Below are positions 41,646 to 53,490 of a stretch of DNA of 64,000 bases, in pieces; position 1 is the stretch's first letter; each line of letters starts with the position of its first letter. Source of the stretch: the human T2T-CHM13v2.0 reference genome, Homo sapiens. Below the pieces are notes generated by a model. It saw nothing but the letters and a program-made list of their open reading frames with translations. It was not told the origin of the DNA and did not search any database. The position numbers were made by a program, and so were the translations under genes. The DNA lies in NCBI RefSeq assembly GCF_009914755.1, contig NC_060936.1; one strand, given 5' to 3'.

Positions 41646-41860
41646 CTCCCTTTCCTATTAATGTTTTTATTGAGGCACAGCATAGCACAGAAGAACGCAT
41701 AGAGGAGGCATAGAGCACTGTGAAGTTCCACAAAATGAACACACCTGGGTGACAACCACCCGTGATGACAAGCCCCCATGCACGCTCCTTGAAGCTCCAG
41801 CTGCCCCTTCTCCCCAGAGGCAACCTACATCCTACTCTTAATACATAGATTTGAGTTCTC
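41646..41860 (-). mobile_element. Diverged L1M 3'-end-like fragment inside the HMGB3 3'UTR
   Basis: TTTTTATTGAGGCACAGCATAGCACAGAAG...CACAAAATGAACACACCTGGGTGACAACCACC; flanked by a degenerate 14-bp duplication. Confidence 0.55.
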
Positions 41861-44800
41861 TCAGAATGTTGAAATGCTTTTGAAGCAAAGTAGAGTATGC
41901 TGTTTTTAAAACTGGGAGGAAAAAAAAGAAATTTCACTCCAAGATTATGAAGATCTTTTCCTGTTTTCTTTAGGAGTTTTATTGTTTTATCTTTTGCATT
42001 TAGGTCATGATCCATCTTGATTTAGTTTTTGGTGTGGCAGTGAGGCCAGGTTACTGTCTATCCTTGGCCCAACGGAGAACCTGGTGTCTTCACTGGGATC
42101 CCTTCCTTGGCAGGTCCTGAGTTCCTATTTTCATCTCCTGAGACTGCCAGAAACTCTGATGATTTTCAGAGGCTTTCTACTTCTGTTTTTCAACCTCCAC
42201 TCCTTATATACCCCCAATTCAGCACATGCTTTGAAGGGAAAGCCAACTGTGTGTTTGAAACCCTTCAGGTCTCTTTTAGAAGTTCTCTGGCTTCTCTGTC
42301 CTCAGATTCTCGGCTCTGCCATCAGCTCACCTCTCTGCTCTCTCAAGTCTTAGCCCCTCCGATTCTCTTAGCCTTGACAGCCCACCACTGCCTTCAAACA
42401 GGTGATTTCTGCATTTAATTTGGGCTTTCTTGTTTTGCTGTAGTTCCAGGTGATGTGGAGTAACAGTGCACAGTGACTCCATATCACCTGGAACAATGGA
42501 AACATTTTAAATTGCAATTATGTAAAGTAATAAAGGAAAAAAACCCATAGTGCTGTTATAAGAGGGAATATTAGGAGTCTGTGGCTCAAGTTCACTGTGT
42601 TCTGTAGAAACACTGTAGTTTATCAATATCATACCTGAGCCTTCAGCACATAGACACAGAATTAGTGAAAGAAGCCAGCAGCTAAATGCCTAATTCCACT
42701 TCCCCCATCAGCCCTTCATTTGTAATGAGTAATTTAACCTCTCTAGGCACCAGTTTCTCTGGTTCTGGCATTTATTCTTCATCTTAGTGGCAAGATTTGT
42801 CTTACGTGCTTTAAACCCTTGGAACAAAAGGCAACCTTTGACTAACTTGGCCCATTTAAAAAGAGGTACCACAGAGGTTCCCTTCACTCATTTAAAGTGG
42901 TGCGTAGGGGCTGGGGAAGGGGTAGAAGCGGGGAGAAAAAAGAAAAAAAAATGGCGTGTGTATGCTTGAAAAATCAAGACAATCACTTTTTGTTTGTTTG
43001 TTTTGTTTTGTTTTAAAGATGAGGAGGCAGAAGAAATTCCCACAGGGCCACATACTACCAAAAGCTACTGAGAAATAATCCCTTGAGGAAGGATATCTAG
43101 GGCAAATGTCACTTTGCTTTCATGCCATTTCTTCTATGGTTACTTCCACATCTGCTCCAGCAGCCTGGGGTGAACACAGATTTATAAGAAGTCGTTTGTA
43201 CAAAATAAAATTAAAAGCCACAAGTTAATGCTACCATAAGATTAAGGCTGAGCTTAACTTGATAATATTTAGTGTCCTAGGAAGGCATAGAGTTCAGCTT
43301 ACTTTTTTTCTCTCATGGTTGAATTTGCAACTGATGATGCCAAGTGATTGAGAAAGGAGTATCTTAAAAGAGAGCCAAGGGACGGGCAGGTGTGGAGGCA
43401 GGCTGGACAGTCATCTCTATCCTTAGATAAGGACAGGGATGGGCAGTGCTTCCTGCCAGCTGTCTTCAAGCTGATGGAATTCTGTCATAGAGTAGGGCAG
43501 CAGGGACCTTAGAAAATCTGAGTGATCACCCCTTTGGGAGAAAAAAATGCATAAATAATTAATTAAAATTCCCTTTTAAAGTAGGGTCAGAAGAATATGA
43601 ATGCTGTCTACGTGGGAGTCAACACCCAGAGATAACATCAGTTAATAGAGGATGTGATGGCTCAGAAGATAAACAAAACAGAGTGTAGGAGAATGCTAAG
43701 AAAAACAAATGAAGGGAAATAGGGAGGGGATAAAGCAGATGATGAATTGGGAGGAAGCGGCTACTTGGGGACAAGCCAGGGAAAAATGTGGAAAAAAAAG
43801 GAGCTTAGAAAAAGCTAAACACATGTAATTGCTGGGGTGGGGGTGGGGCCATGAGCATTCACTAGAAAAGCATCTTCTGCAAAGGCTTGGACCTTGACTT
43901 CTTCATTTAATATTTGGGATATTTCTCTTGAGATTTGGCTCCAGGAAAATAGCAGAAACAGCCACGTGCTGAACAGAGAAAGGCCCCAAAACCTACCAGA
44001 GGCAGTCTCTCAAGAGAGTTCCGTCTTTCTCTCTCTGTCCTTTTGAGTTCTCATCCTCTCTCTCAATTTTTGCCATGCTTTTTCCATTATTTTATGAAGC
44101 TTTCCCATCTTGTCCCTTCTGATATTTCTTACTCCCATCCAGTTGCCATAGGAATAGCCATAGGAAGTAGAATAATAGTAATAAAAACAAAGGTGATAAC
44201 ATATATTATTAGATATTACATGTATTATGGTATATGATTTATTATATAATATATACCATTATTCTATATTCTATATATTAATGCACAGTATATTACTATT
44301 AGTTTAACAGTTGAGAATAAGCATATACCATTCTTGAGAGTCTTCTCTGTTTTATTGTGAGATGTGAATGGTCCCTGAATTTGAGTTTTAACTTGGCACT
44401 TGAAGATTCGCAGTGTTTTTAAAGGCATTCTAACTCTTGCTGGATCTCAGAATACCCATTCCCAAAACAGTACAATTTCTGTTATTATTTTGAAATACAT
44501 ATTTCCTATATTATAGCACTATGAAACTGTCAAGCAAGTTGTAATCATAAATATAATGATACTTTGTACTTTTAAAGTGCCCCATGCTCTTAGAGCCAGA
44601 ATTTCTCAAGCATTCTTGCAAGCCAGGCAAGCAATACCCACCAGTGAAAAACTGAAATATAGAAGTTAAGAGCTTGAGCCAGTGCCTTAGAGCAAGTCAG
44701 AAATAAAGCTGGAATTTAAGGGAAATATCTTACACTGGACATTGGACTTCTTATCCTGGCAAAGATATAAAATGAGAAAAATTATGAATTGAGAAAAATT

Positions 44801-44901
44801 ATAAATTAGAATTGAGGAAATATTTTAATCAAGCTTATATAGTTACCAATTAAAAGCTAACATCATAAATAATGCCATTTAAGAGTAGTACTAATAAAGA
44901 A

Positions 44902-45185
44902 TTTTTTTTTTTTTTGACGGAGTCTCACTCTTGTTGCCCAGGCTGGAGTGCAATGGCGTGATCTTGGCTCTGCCTCCTAGGTTCAAGCGATTCTCCTGCC
45001 TCAGTCTCCTGAGTAGCTGGGATTACAGGTGCCCGCCACTATGCCTGGCTAATTTTTGTATTTTCAGTAGAGACGGAGTTTCACCATGTTGGCCTGGCTG
45101 GTCTCGAACCCCTGACCTCAGGTGATCTGCTTGCCTCAGCTTCCCAAAGTGCTGCGATTACAGGCGTGAGCCACCATGCCCAGCC
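44902..45185 (-). mobile_element. AluS with small internal deletion
   Basis: T tail + GACGGAGTCTCACTCTTGTTGCCCAGG...CATGCCCAGCC. Confidence 0.93.
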
Positions 45186-45969
45186 TAAGCTTCTATTAAA
45201 GATAAAGCCGTGTGCTTTATATTTTAAAAGACTTTGTGCAATGGTCAAAGAGAAAATTCAGAGTCCTGGATCTTGTAACATAATAGGGCCAATACGAGCT
45301 GGAGATTGCTAGGCTGACATTGTATTTGTCCAGTCCAGAAACTGTTGGAGAACTAAGGTCTGACGCTGTTGCTGGAGGGAGGGTAGTTGGTTAGATGAGA
45401 AGGAATTAGGAATCAGAACCTGGAATTTGGTTGGTGTTTGCCGTGAAGTTGTGTCACACCCACAGATGTGAAAACAACCCATAAACGCAAACTGTCAATG
45501 CCCATCTGTGTACCTTCCATCTTTCATTAGTGAATAATTGCTAGACTGCAGACCTCATGTTCTGTGCTTCTTTGTAACCCACAACTCTTAGCACCAGGCT
45601 GTGTTGAGCATGTGGAATGAAAATTGGATTTGAGGTCAAATGACTTGCATTTAGGTCCCATGCTGGCTGGCTGAGTGGCCTTCAATGAGTCACTTGACCT
45701 CTTTGGACCCAACTTCACCTTGTATGTAAGAGGGGTGACATGAATATCTCATAGAATTGTTGCTTCAATACATGAGATACTGGATCTGGCAGAAGAGCTT
45801 TGTAAACTATAAAGTACAATAGAAATATTAGTTACTGTTAAATAAATAAAGGATTATCTGTGTCACTCAGTAACCATACACTGATGCTTTCTGGTCCTAC
45901 CTGTCCTTTGCTTCTAGCACCTACCTCTGGAGAGACCTCTTCAAGAAGCTACAAAATGTATCCTGCCCC

Positions 45970-46140
45970 CAGGGCCAGCTTCATGGGCATATGACCTGTG
46001 CAATCTCATAGGTTCCCATGCTCAGAGGCCCAGGGCTTAGTTTAATGCTCTAGCTGTCCTCTTAATATTCTTAATAATTTTTGAAGAAGGGGCTTGTGTT
46101 TTCATTTTGGACTGGGCCTTACAGATTAGGGAACCAGTGA
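45970..46140. mobile_element. MER91-like hAT DNA transposon
   Basis: CAGGGCCAGCTTCATGGGCATATGACCTGTGCAATCTCATAGG...TTTTCATTTTGGACTGGGCC. Confidence 0.7.
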
Positions 46141-46957
46141 TGGCTGCCATTTCTTTCTAACTTAGAATAAAATCCCTGATTTTAAATTCCTTGAAATTTG
46201 CTTCATTCCTAATCTTTTGCTTTGAGGATCTCCATGGAGCAAATAGTTATAAATTAATATTTCTGGTTACAATACTTTATGTATATGAACTATTTTAAAG
46301 TATATAATATATAATAGTTTCTAGGTAAAGCAGAATGCAAAATAGTGACTTGGTGATTGGGATTACTACTATTTTCCCTCTAAATGATCTTGATTCTGAA
46401 TTTCTGAAGGAAATATTTCTTTCTATCGGTAACACAAGTGCCAAGCACACTGTGAATAGTCAAGAGAAGACAGTGGAATGTGTGAACTACCTCATGTACA
46501 TGACATCAATCTATTGTGAGAGGCGTTCTCTTTGGATGATAAAAACAACCTTATAGGGTGATGGTTTTATTTCATGTACTGGTTTTATTTCGTTTATTGT
46601 GGCTTAAACTAAGGGTATTTGAATTTCAAAACACCAGTTGGTGCAGCTTTCTTCAAATTCTTTTACAGCAACCCATTGAAACCTTAGACTGTCTAGGAAA
46701 ACAAATATAATTTATGTTTGTTTCCAATCATAATATAGACAAACCTGATATTCTTGTTAAGGGAAGTTAGGTTGTTTGACTTTGTTGGGTGTATTGTTTG
46801 GCAATAAAATGGTGCTCAAATACTTTTAAAGTACATATAATTTGTTTTCAATTATAAGTAAAGTTGGCTCACCTTAGATGGGCTTCAGCTATACCTTTGT
46901 AAGTGGTGGACATTTCTGCAGGGGGAGGTAAATAGTGGCAATTTGGAATAGAAAGTT

Positions 46958-47360
46958 TGTGTTAGTTATCTATAGCTGCACAAAAACTTGCCAAAAATGT
47001 GTCAGTCTGGTATTTGTCTTTCACACTGTTTCTGAGGGTCAGGAATCTGGGAGCAGCTTAACTAACTTGTTCTGGCTCAGGGTCTTCCATGAAGTGGCAG
47101 TCGAACTGTTAGGTCGTCCACTGGGCTGCCCAACTGTCCATGAGACTGGCCACTGGCTTCCACCAGAGCAAGTGATCCAAGGGAAAGCAAGACAGGACCA
47201 AATGACATCCATAATCTCTCTTCCAGAGTGGTATCTACCACTCCTCCTGCACTCTACTGGTTACACACCAACCCTGATACAGTGTGGGAGGGGACCATAT
47301 TAGAGTGTGAGTATTGGAAGCCAGAAATCGCTGGAGACTATTTTAGAGGCTGGCTATCAC
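46958..47360 (-). mobile_element. MLT1F-like MaLR LTR
   Basis: TGTGTTAGTTATCTATAGCTGC...CTGAGGGTCAGGAATCTGGGAGCAGCTTA...TTAGAGGCTGGCTATCACA. Confidence 0.72.
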
Positions 47361-48839
47361 AGGGTAGGTGGGTACTGGCATATTCCTGAGTTCCGCTGAA
47401 TCCTCTGCAAAAGAGGGGCAATTTCCAAAGTTTGTCTTCTCAGAAGCCCCACACAGCAATTTGAAGGCACGGAAGACCATACTCTGGTCAATTTCCAAGC
47501 CCTGTCAATGTATCTATAGTAGATACTGAATTGGGGGTGACAAGCTTGAAAGAACAAGCATCTACATAAATGAGACCATGTGAAGTGGCCCTACTTACTA
47601 CACTCTTATTGCCATGTTAAGTGGCACCAGATTGAGGGTACAGGTTGTCTTAGAGAAAGATAAGCAGAAAACAGTATGGTATGACGGATCACCAAGCAGT
47701 GGGGAGTGCATTCCAGACTCTATACTGTGAATTTAGGGTTTCGTGCCAGTTTGCAAAGCTTCCTGAAGGTAGCGGGGAAGGCTTGGTGGAGAACTGAATA
47801 AAGAGATGACATGGAGAGGTGAAAGGGCCTGAGGGGAGGGTGGAAGCCCTGAGAAACGCAGGAAAGGGCAAGAGGCTGGTTCAGCAGCCTCACAGGCTGG
47901 GGTGAGGCTGGCTTCTACTTTCAGGGAAAGGCATAAAGGCTCCCACTCACCTTTTACATCAGGAAGATGAGGGAAAAAGAGTTATCAGTAGAGGAGAAGC
48001 CAAAGGTGTGGGCATTTATCAGACACCCACCTTATGCAATGCACTTTCCGTGGGTTTCGATTAACTCCCCACATGACTGGGAGAGGAGAGTGTGGTATTC
48101 TCTTCTTTACAGAAGCAAGTCTTGAACCCAGGATCATTTGCATCCAAATCACACACTATTTTCACAAAACATCATTGCTGTTGGGTGCCTCAGCTGGAAC
48201 CTGTGAAAAACAGACGGGACTCCCTGGTGACTCAGAATGAGAGGAGGGAAGGAGGACACTGTGTAGTCAGCATATGGCCATGGGTAAACTTCCTCCTTTC
48301 TGTTCACAGTCCTAGGAGGCAGACTTTGACCCTCATAAAGGCACAGCTGTCCACAATCTTTGCCCGGCCTCTAGTTCTCCAGACAAACCCAGCATAGACC
48401 AGATTCAGGGTGTGCTGTGGGAGCCAGGGAGAGGTGCTCCCGTTTCAAAATGGTAGTGTTTGCTCTATGTTACTTTAAGTTTAAAAAGTGATTTCTCTTT
48501 TGGAGACGAGAGTGGCAGTTTAAAGAAGACAGAATAATTATGTAGGCAAGAATGTGAAAGGAAGGACCAAATCACAGTGTGGAAAATAAAACCAGAGTGA
48601 CATTTGCTGCTTAGAGAGTGTAGTGTAGACAGCATGGACAGATAGGCTCAAATTCAGGCTCCACCTTGAAGTGGATTTGTGACTTAAAACAACAAATGTA
48701 AGCTCCAGGTCTTACCTGTGAAATGGGGTTGATGATGCCCACCTCTCTAGAACACTGTGTTAAAGGAGGTAACTTTAAATACTGCTATAGGTAGCATGTA
48801 GTAGGTGCTATATAAGTTGTAGTTATAAGTTGTAGTTCC

Positions 48840-49098
48840 TTTTTTTTTTGAGACGGAGTCTCACTCTTGTTGCCCAGGCTGGAGTGCAATGGCATGATCT
48901 CTGCTGACCGCAACCTCCACCTCCCGACCTCCCGTGTTCAAGTGATTCTCCTGCCTCAGCCTTCCGAGTAGCTGGGATTACAGGCGCCTGCCACCATGCC
49001 CGTCTATTTTTTTTTTTTTATTTTTAGTAGAGACCGGGTTTCAACATGTTGGCCAGGCTGGTCTCGAACTCCTGACCTCAAGTGATCCGCCTGCCTCG
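48840..49098 (-). mobile_element. AluS, 5'-truncated
   Basis: T tail to ...CCGCCTGCCTCGG; lacks the Alu 5' end. Confidence 0.92.
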
Positions 49099-50277
49099 GA
49101 AGATTAATTTAAAATATTATCTTCTGCTTAGAGTGATGGCAAGCTGGAGGAATTGGGATAATGATGGTGTGTGGGATGGTGTGGGGGAGTGGATGTGGGA
49201 CAAAATAAAGCTCAGGCAGAAGATGGGATTTCCTTATGGATCTGAAGATGCTTTGTAAAGAATGTGCCATGCACATTATCAGTGGGACCCACCTCATGCC
49301 ATCAGTGTGTTTGTGGCAGAAGAAGGGAGGATGGAACACAAGGTTCCTAAAACCCAGCCAAATGCTTGTTCCTGCACCATATCATCTTGGGAATGTGGAT
49401 GCCACATCTCTCTTTTGACATTTCATGGTTATTTAAAGTTTAGCTGTAGCACAGCCTGCATACGTCTAATGCCTGGTGGGAGAAAGTGAATTAATTAAAG
49501 TCCCCTCATGCTGTTATTAATCAGCTTCTCTACAATTTTTATAGGAAGGCCAAGTCATCAAAGAGAAACCAAGACTTTCCTCCGTGGAGAGCTTGCATGG
49601 GGAAAGGAGAGAGACTCAATCCTCAGGAGAAAAGTTGAGGAGGTAGAGCTTTGGGGGACAGGGCCATCTGAGCCTGAGAACTGTAAGAAGCTTGCCTCTG
49701 GAGGGACCAGGAACATCTTATGGGGTGAGGGAATGCTGGTGGGGAAGATTCAGTCAACCAAAAGGAATCTTGCCTAGCTAGGCTTTCACTATATATGTGG
49801 AATGGAAGAGCCTTAAAAAAATAGATGATAGATAAATAGATAGAAAAGATGATGAAGAAAACAAAATTGTTGGGGAAGATTGGAAATTAGTCTCAAAACT
49901 ACTTTGTAGTTATGTCTCTGTATTTTAGAACTTTTGGCTTAAACTAAAAGGTAGCAAAAATATATAGTTTATGCTCTAATGTAGATTTAATTTTTATCAA
50001 CAAAAAATTTGTATATGACATTACAGAAGATGGGTGCAGATAAACATTAACCATTTATTTATTAAACTTATCAACTATAATGTAGCAGAATATTTGCGAT
50101 TACGATTAAAGTAAGGTACCTAAATCAACTGCTTTCAGCTTTGCAATCACCATTCTAGTATCTAATTATGTAGGTCTGGTAAAGATAATTTCCTGCAAAA
50201 TTCCCCCAGTTTAGAGCTATTCCTTACACTACCCATTGTGCAGACATTTTAAAGGAAAACAGCAAAGAGAAAGCTCA

Positions 50278-50622
<345 letters not shown>

Positions 50623-50717
50623 CTAGTGTAAAAGTGTGCATTTAAGTCCTCTAGTTTATGTCATTTGTATAGTATATTCTCTGGGACTATAATCTGTGTT
50701 TAAACAAAAACAGCAAG

Positions 50718-52283
50718 GAGGTACCTCCTCTTTCGCCTTTGGAGCCCCCTGCTCCTTCTGTCTCTGTACGAGGGAGCTTCTTCCGTCTTCTCCCTTCCTT
50801 CTTGCCTATTAAACTCTCCACTCCTTAAAACCACTCCACGTGTGTCCGTGTCATTTTTTCTAATTTGACATGAGGACCAAGAACCCTGGTGTTCCTCCAC
50901 TTATCAGAGCCTTATCATTTTGGTGTGTTGGCCGGGAAAGGAAATTCAATCATCAGACTGGTGTGGAAGCTCGGAATTTATCTTGGGACCTCAAGCGGAG
51001 AGGATCACCCAACTCATGGGTATTTGAGGATACAAACCCATGGATGGGCTCGGCTTTAAAGGTCTTATCTGAGATTGCCTGATGGAACAGAGTTTCATCA
51101 AAGCCAATCCAAAAGGCCTATGTGGAAATAACCATTCTTGCTGCACTTCATGCAAATAATCAAGCCAAGTATAAGACTAAAGTTCATTCATAATTAGTTT
51201 TTACCAAAAATGAGGACTGGAGAGAAAAATTTCGCTCCAAAGCTTATCATGCATTTGTCATTAAATCCTAGTCTCATTAATTGTTTTTAAGCTTTTTTGC
51301 CTACATTTTAGATTAACCCTGCTTATTCCTGTGAATCAAGTGGTAATCTCCTGCAGCTTGGAAGAAAGAAAAAGGGATGGGTAATGTAAAAATCTGGACC
51401 AATATACTAGTTTTGGGCAATTATCCTGCAAATTCTGCTCGGTAATAAAAGTAAGTAGGGTACCAATAACCCGGAGGTTTCTTTGTTTGGGAAAATAAAA
51501 CCAAGGCTTCATAAACCACCAACGGGAAATTCTGTATCTGGCAAATAAAACTTTACATGGAAATTATCTACTACACCACTCTTGTGGGAATTGCTATACT
51601 CATTCTACTATTTGCAATAGGGTTATACACAGTAGCACCTTCTAACTGAAATATTAGACAAAGTTTCCATTGCTGTTGTATTTTGCTTATTATCTTTATA
51701 GCAGGGATAATAGTTATGGACAAAAAGGAAGCATGAAAGTTTTACTATCACTGAGTCTGCTAGGACTTCTTTTTGGGTCTAGTGATGCACTTTTAAATGA
51801 AACATGCTGCTTTTGGATTAACATCTCTAGTATAGTAAAGGAAAATCTAAGCAGACCCTTAGAAACTGGGTCTACCCAACATGGTGATTCCCGCAGCCTT
51901 CTTGCCCTTGGCACACGTGTTCCTGGCAACATGACCGCCCCCACATATCCCCACGTGTGTAGAACATCATGGTGCCCTGCATTTGCATATTAAAAGGCTA
52001 GGGTGGGAGGGCCAGCTCTTTCCAGGGCCACGTGAATGACATGCCTGGTCAAACCAATCCCCTGAGCCCTGTGCAAATGAGACACAACCTCCTCCAGCCT
52101 CTGCATATTATACCTGGCTGGTGTCCACCACACTTGCCACCTCCTTTCGTGGCTTTGGAGCCCCCCACCCTCTGTCTCTGTACTGGGGAGCTTCTTCCTT
52201 CTGTTTTCTCCCTTCCCTCTTGCCTATTAAACCCTCTGCTCCTTAAAACCAAAACCAAAACAAAACAAAAACAAACAAAAAAC
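50718..52283 (+). mobile_element. ERV1 (LTR9/HUERS-P3-like) processed retrocopy: R-U5 (50718-50917), PBS (50921-50938), short internal, partial U3-R (~51850-52250), A-rich tail
   Basis: R repeated at both ends (CTTTGGAGCCCCC...TTGCCTATTAAAC..CTCCTTAAAACC); U5 only at 5' end, U3 only at 3' end; tail AAAACCAAAACAAAACAAAAAC; family name from recalled consensus. Confidence 0.82.
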
Positions 52284-53089
52284 ATAACAATGAAAAACTA
52301 GGGAATTAACCTCTTTGTTTACTCGTTGTAAACAAACCATCAGATAATCTAAACCACAAGAAGCTTTGTCTCTCTGGCAGGTTTATTTATCTGAGTACAT
52401 GAATCATCCTCTCACCTCTTCACCCTCCCTTGCCAGAGCAATGTGATTTTAATGGTGTCCAGATGTCTTGGAGGTATTTGCTTGTTTCACTGTACCTTAC
52501 ACTCAGGTTAACCTTACACTCAGGTTAAAGAAAAGGCCTGATGGTTCCTTTTTTATTATTTAAAGCCAAAGCTGATGATTCCATAAGTGAAAAACACTTG
52601 CAAAATATATAGTAAGAAAATGAACGGATGTTACATTTAGATTCCAGAAGAATTTTAGAAACATTTTGGAGGTGGGGAAAGTGGAGAAAAGAATGTGTAT
52701 TTATTCACAGGACTTATGTGACTTACCTACAAGAAGTTGTAAATATTTCCCTTCAAAACAAGAATATATGCCTACTATATCCCTCTGTGATTTATAAGTG
52801 AGAGGTTTGAAGGGGAGAGACTCACGTGGCATGGGAGACTTCCTGGGGCTCATGATGGGGAGGGCATCAATCATCAAATCAGATGAAAATTCCTGAAGGC
52901 ATTGACCTTTAGTGAATTCTAGGTCTGGTATCAATGGCTGCCTCTTCCTCGAGTTGCTGGAGTCCAGTGGCTGCAATCCTGGGATGCACAGTGTTCTCTC
53001 TGGTCCCACTGAAGTGCTTCTCTGAAGAAGACAAGTTGAAGTGGTTCCCAAGAATGAACCCTAGCTGATGGGACTCTTGCATTTCAAGC

Positions 53090-53490
53090 ATGGTAGACAG
53101 ATACAGTTTGTCATTCCCTCAAAGACACTCCTTCGTCTGAGAGACTAGGTTTTTCCAGCTTCCCTGTGGCTAGGTATGATTTTGATCTTGTGACTACATT
53201 CTGGCCAATGAGATGTAAACAGAAATGTTTCTCAGCTTCTCACACCTTTTCTAAGAGAAAACCGTGTCCTTTTTCTTTCCCCACTTTGTGGACTGGAACA
53301 TGGACCACTCCAGTGATGGCAAAGAGGGAAGAGGGAGGCTGAGTCTAGACCCTCGAGGACTTTTTGAGACTGCCGTAACAGCAGTTGTGGACTTTTTACA
53401 CCTACTGATTTCATTTAGGTAAGATAGAAATGCATGTCTATCTTGTTTAGGCCACTGTTATTTTGAGTTTTCTGGTCCTTGCAGCTAAAC
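53090..53490 (+). mobile_element. Old ERVL/MaLR LTR
   Basis: TCCAGCTTCCCTGTGGCTAGG...GTGACTACATTCTGGCCAATGAGATGTAAACAGAA; CTTGTTTAGGCCACTGTTATTTTGAG. Confidence 0.55.

Larger units (their letters stand above)
39217..41927 (+). pseudogene. HMGB3P: HMGB3 processed pseudogene (5'UTR, disrupted CDS ~39302-40863, 3'UTR, short A tail), interrupted by three insertions
   Basis: CAGTCAGG ATA GCT AAA GGT GAC CCC AAG AAA CCA AAA GGC AAG ATG TCT GCT = (M>I)AKGDPKKPKGKMSA; later KFDEM, KDYxPTKGGKKK, GDVAKNL; intronless; 3'UTR matches recalled HMGB3 (CAAAGTTGTCCATATTTCTAAACATTTTTAAAATGAAAAG, TTTGTAAAAAGAACAAAACAA); degenerate TSD AAGAAAT. Start codon lost, frameshifted. Confidence 0.92.
37770..42030 (-). 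mobile_element. Old L1ME-like element hosting MADE1, an Alu fragment and the HMGB3 retrocopy
   Basis: L1M 3' end at ~37780; breaks at TAAGAAATCTTTGCCT (39201-39216) and resumes AAGAAATTTCACTCCAAGATTATGAAGATC (41926+). Confidence 0.75.

Noticed and set aside
48040-48420. AP-1 motif (TGACTCA at 48228) as an enhancer
   Set aside because: A single 7-mer is expected by chance many times in 64 kb; cannot be supported from sequence alone.
50921-50938. tRNA-Gly gene
   Set aside because: Only the 18-nt complement (primer binding site); no tRNA body.
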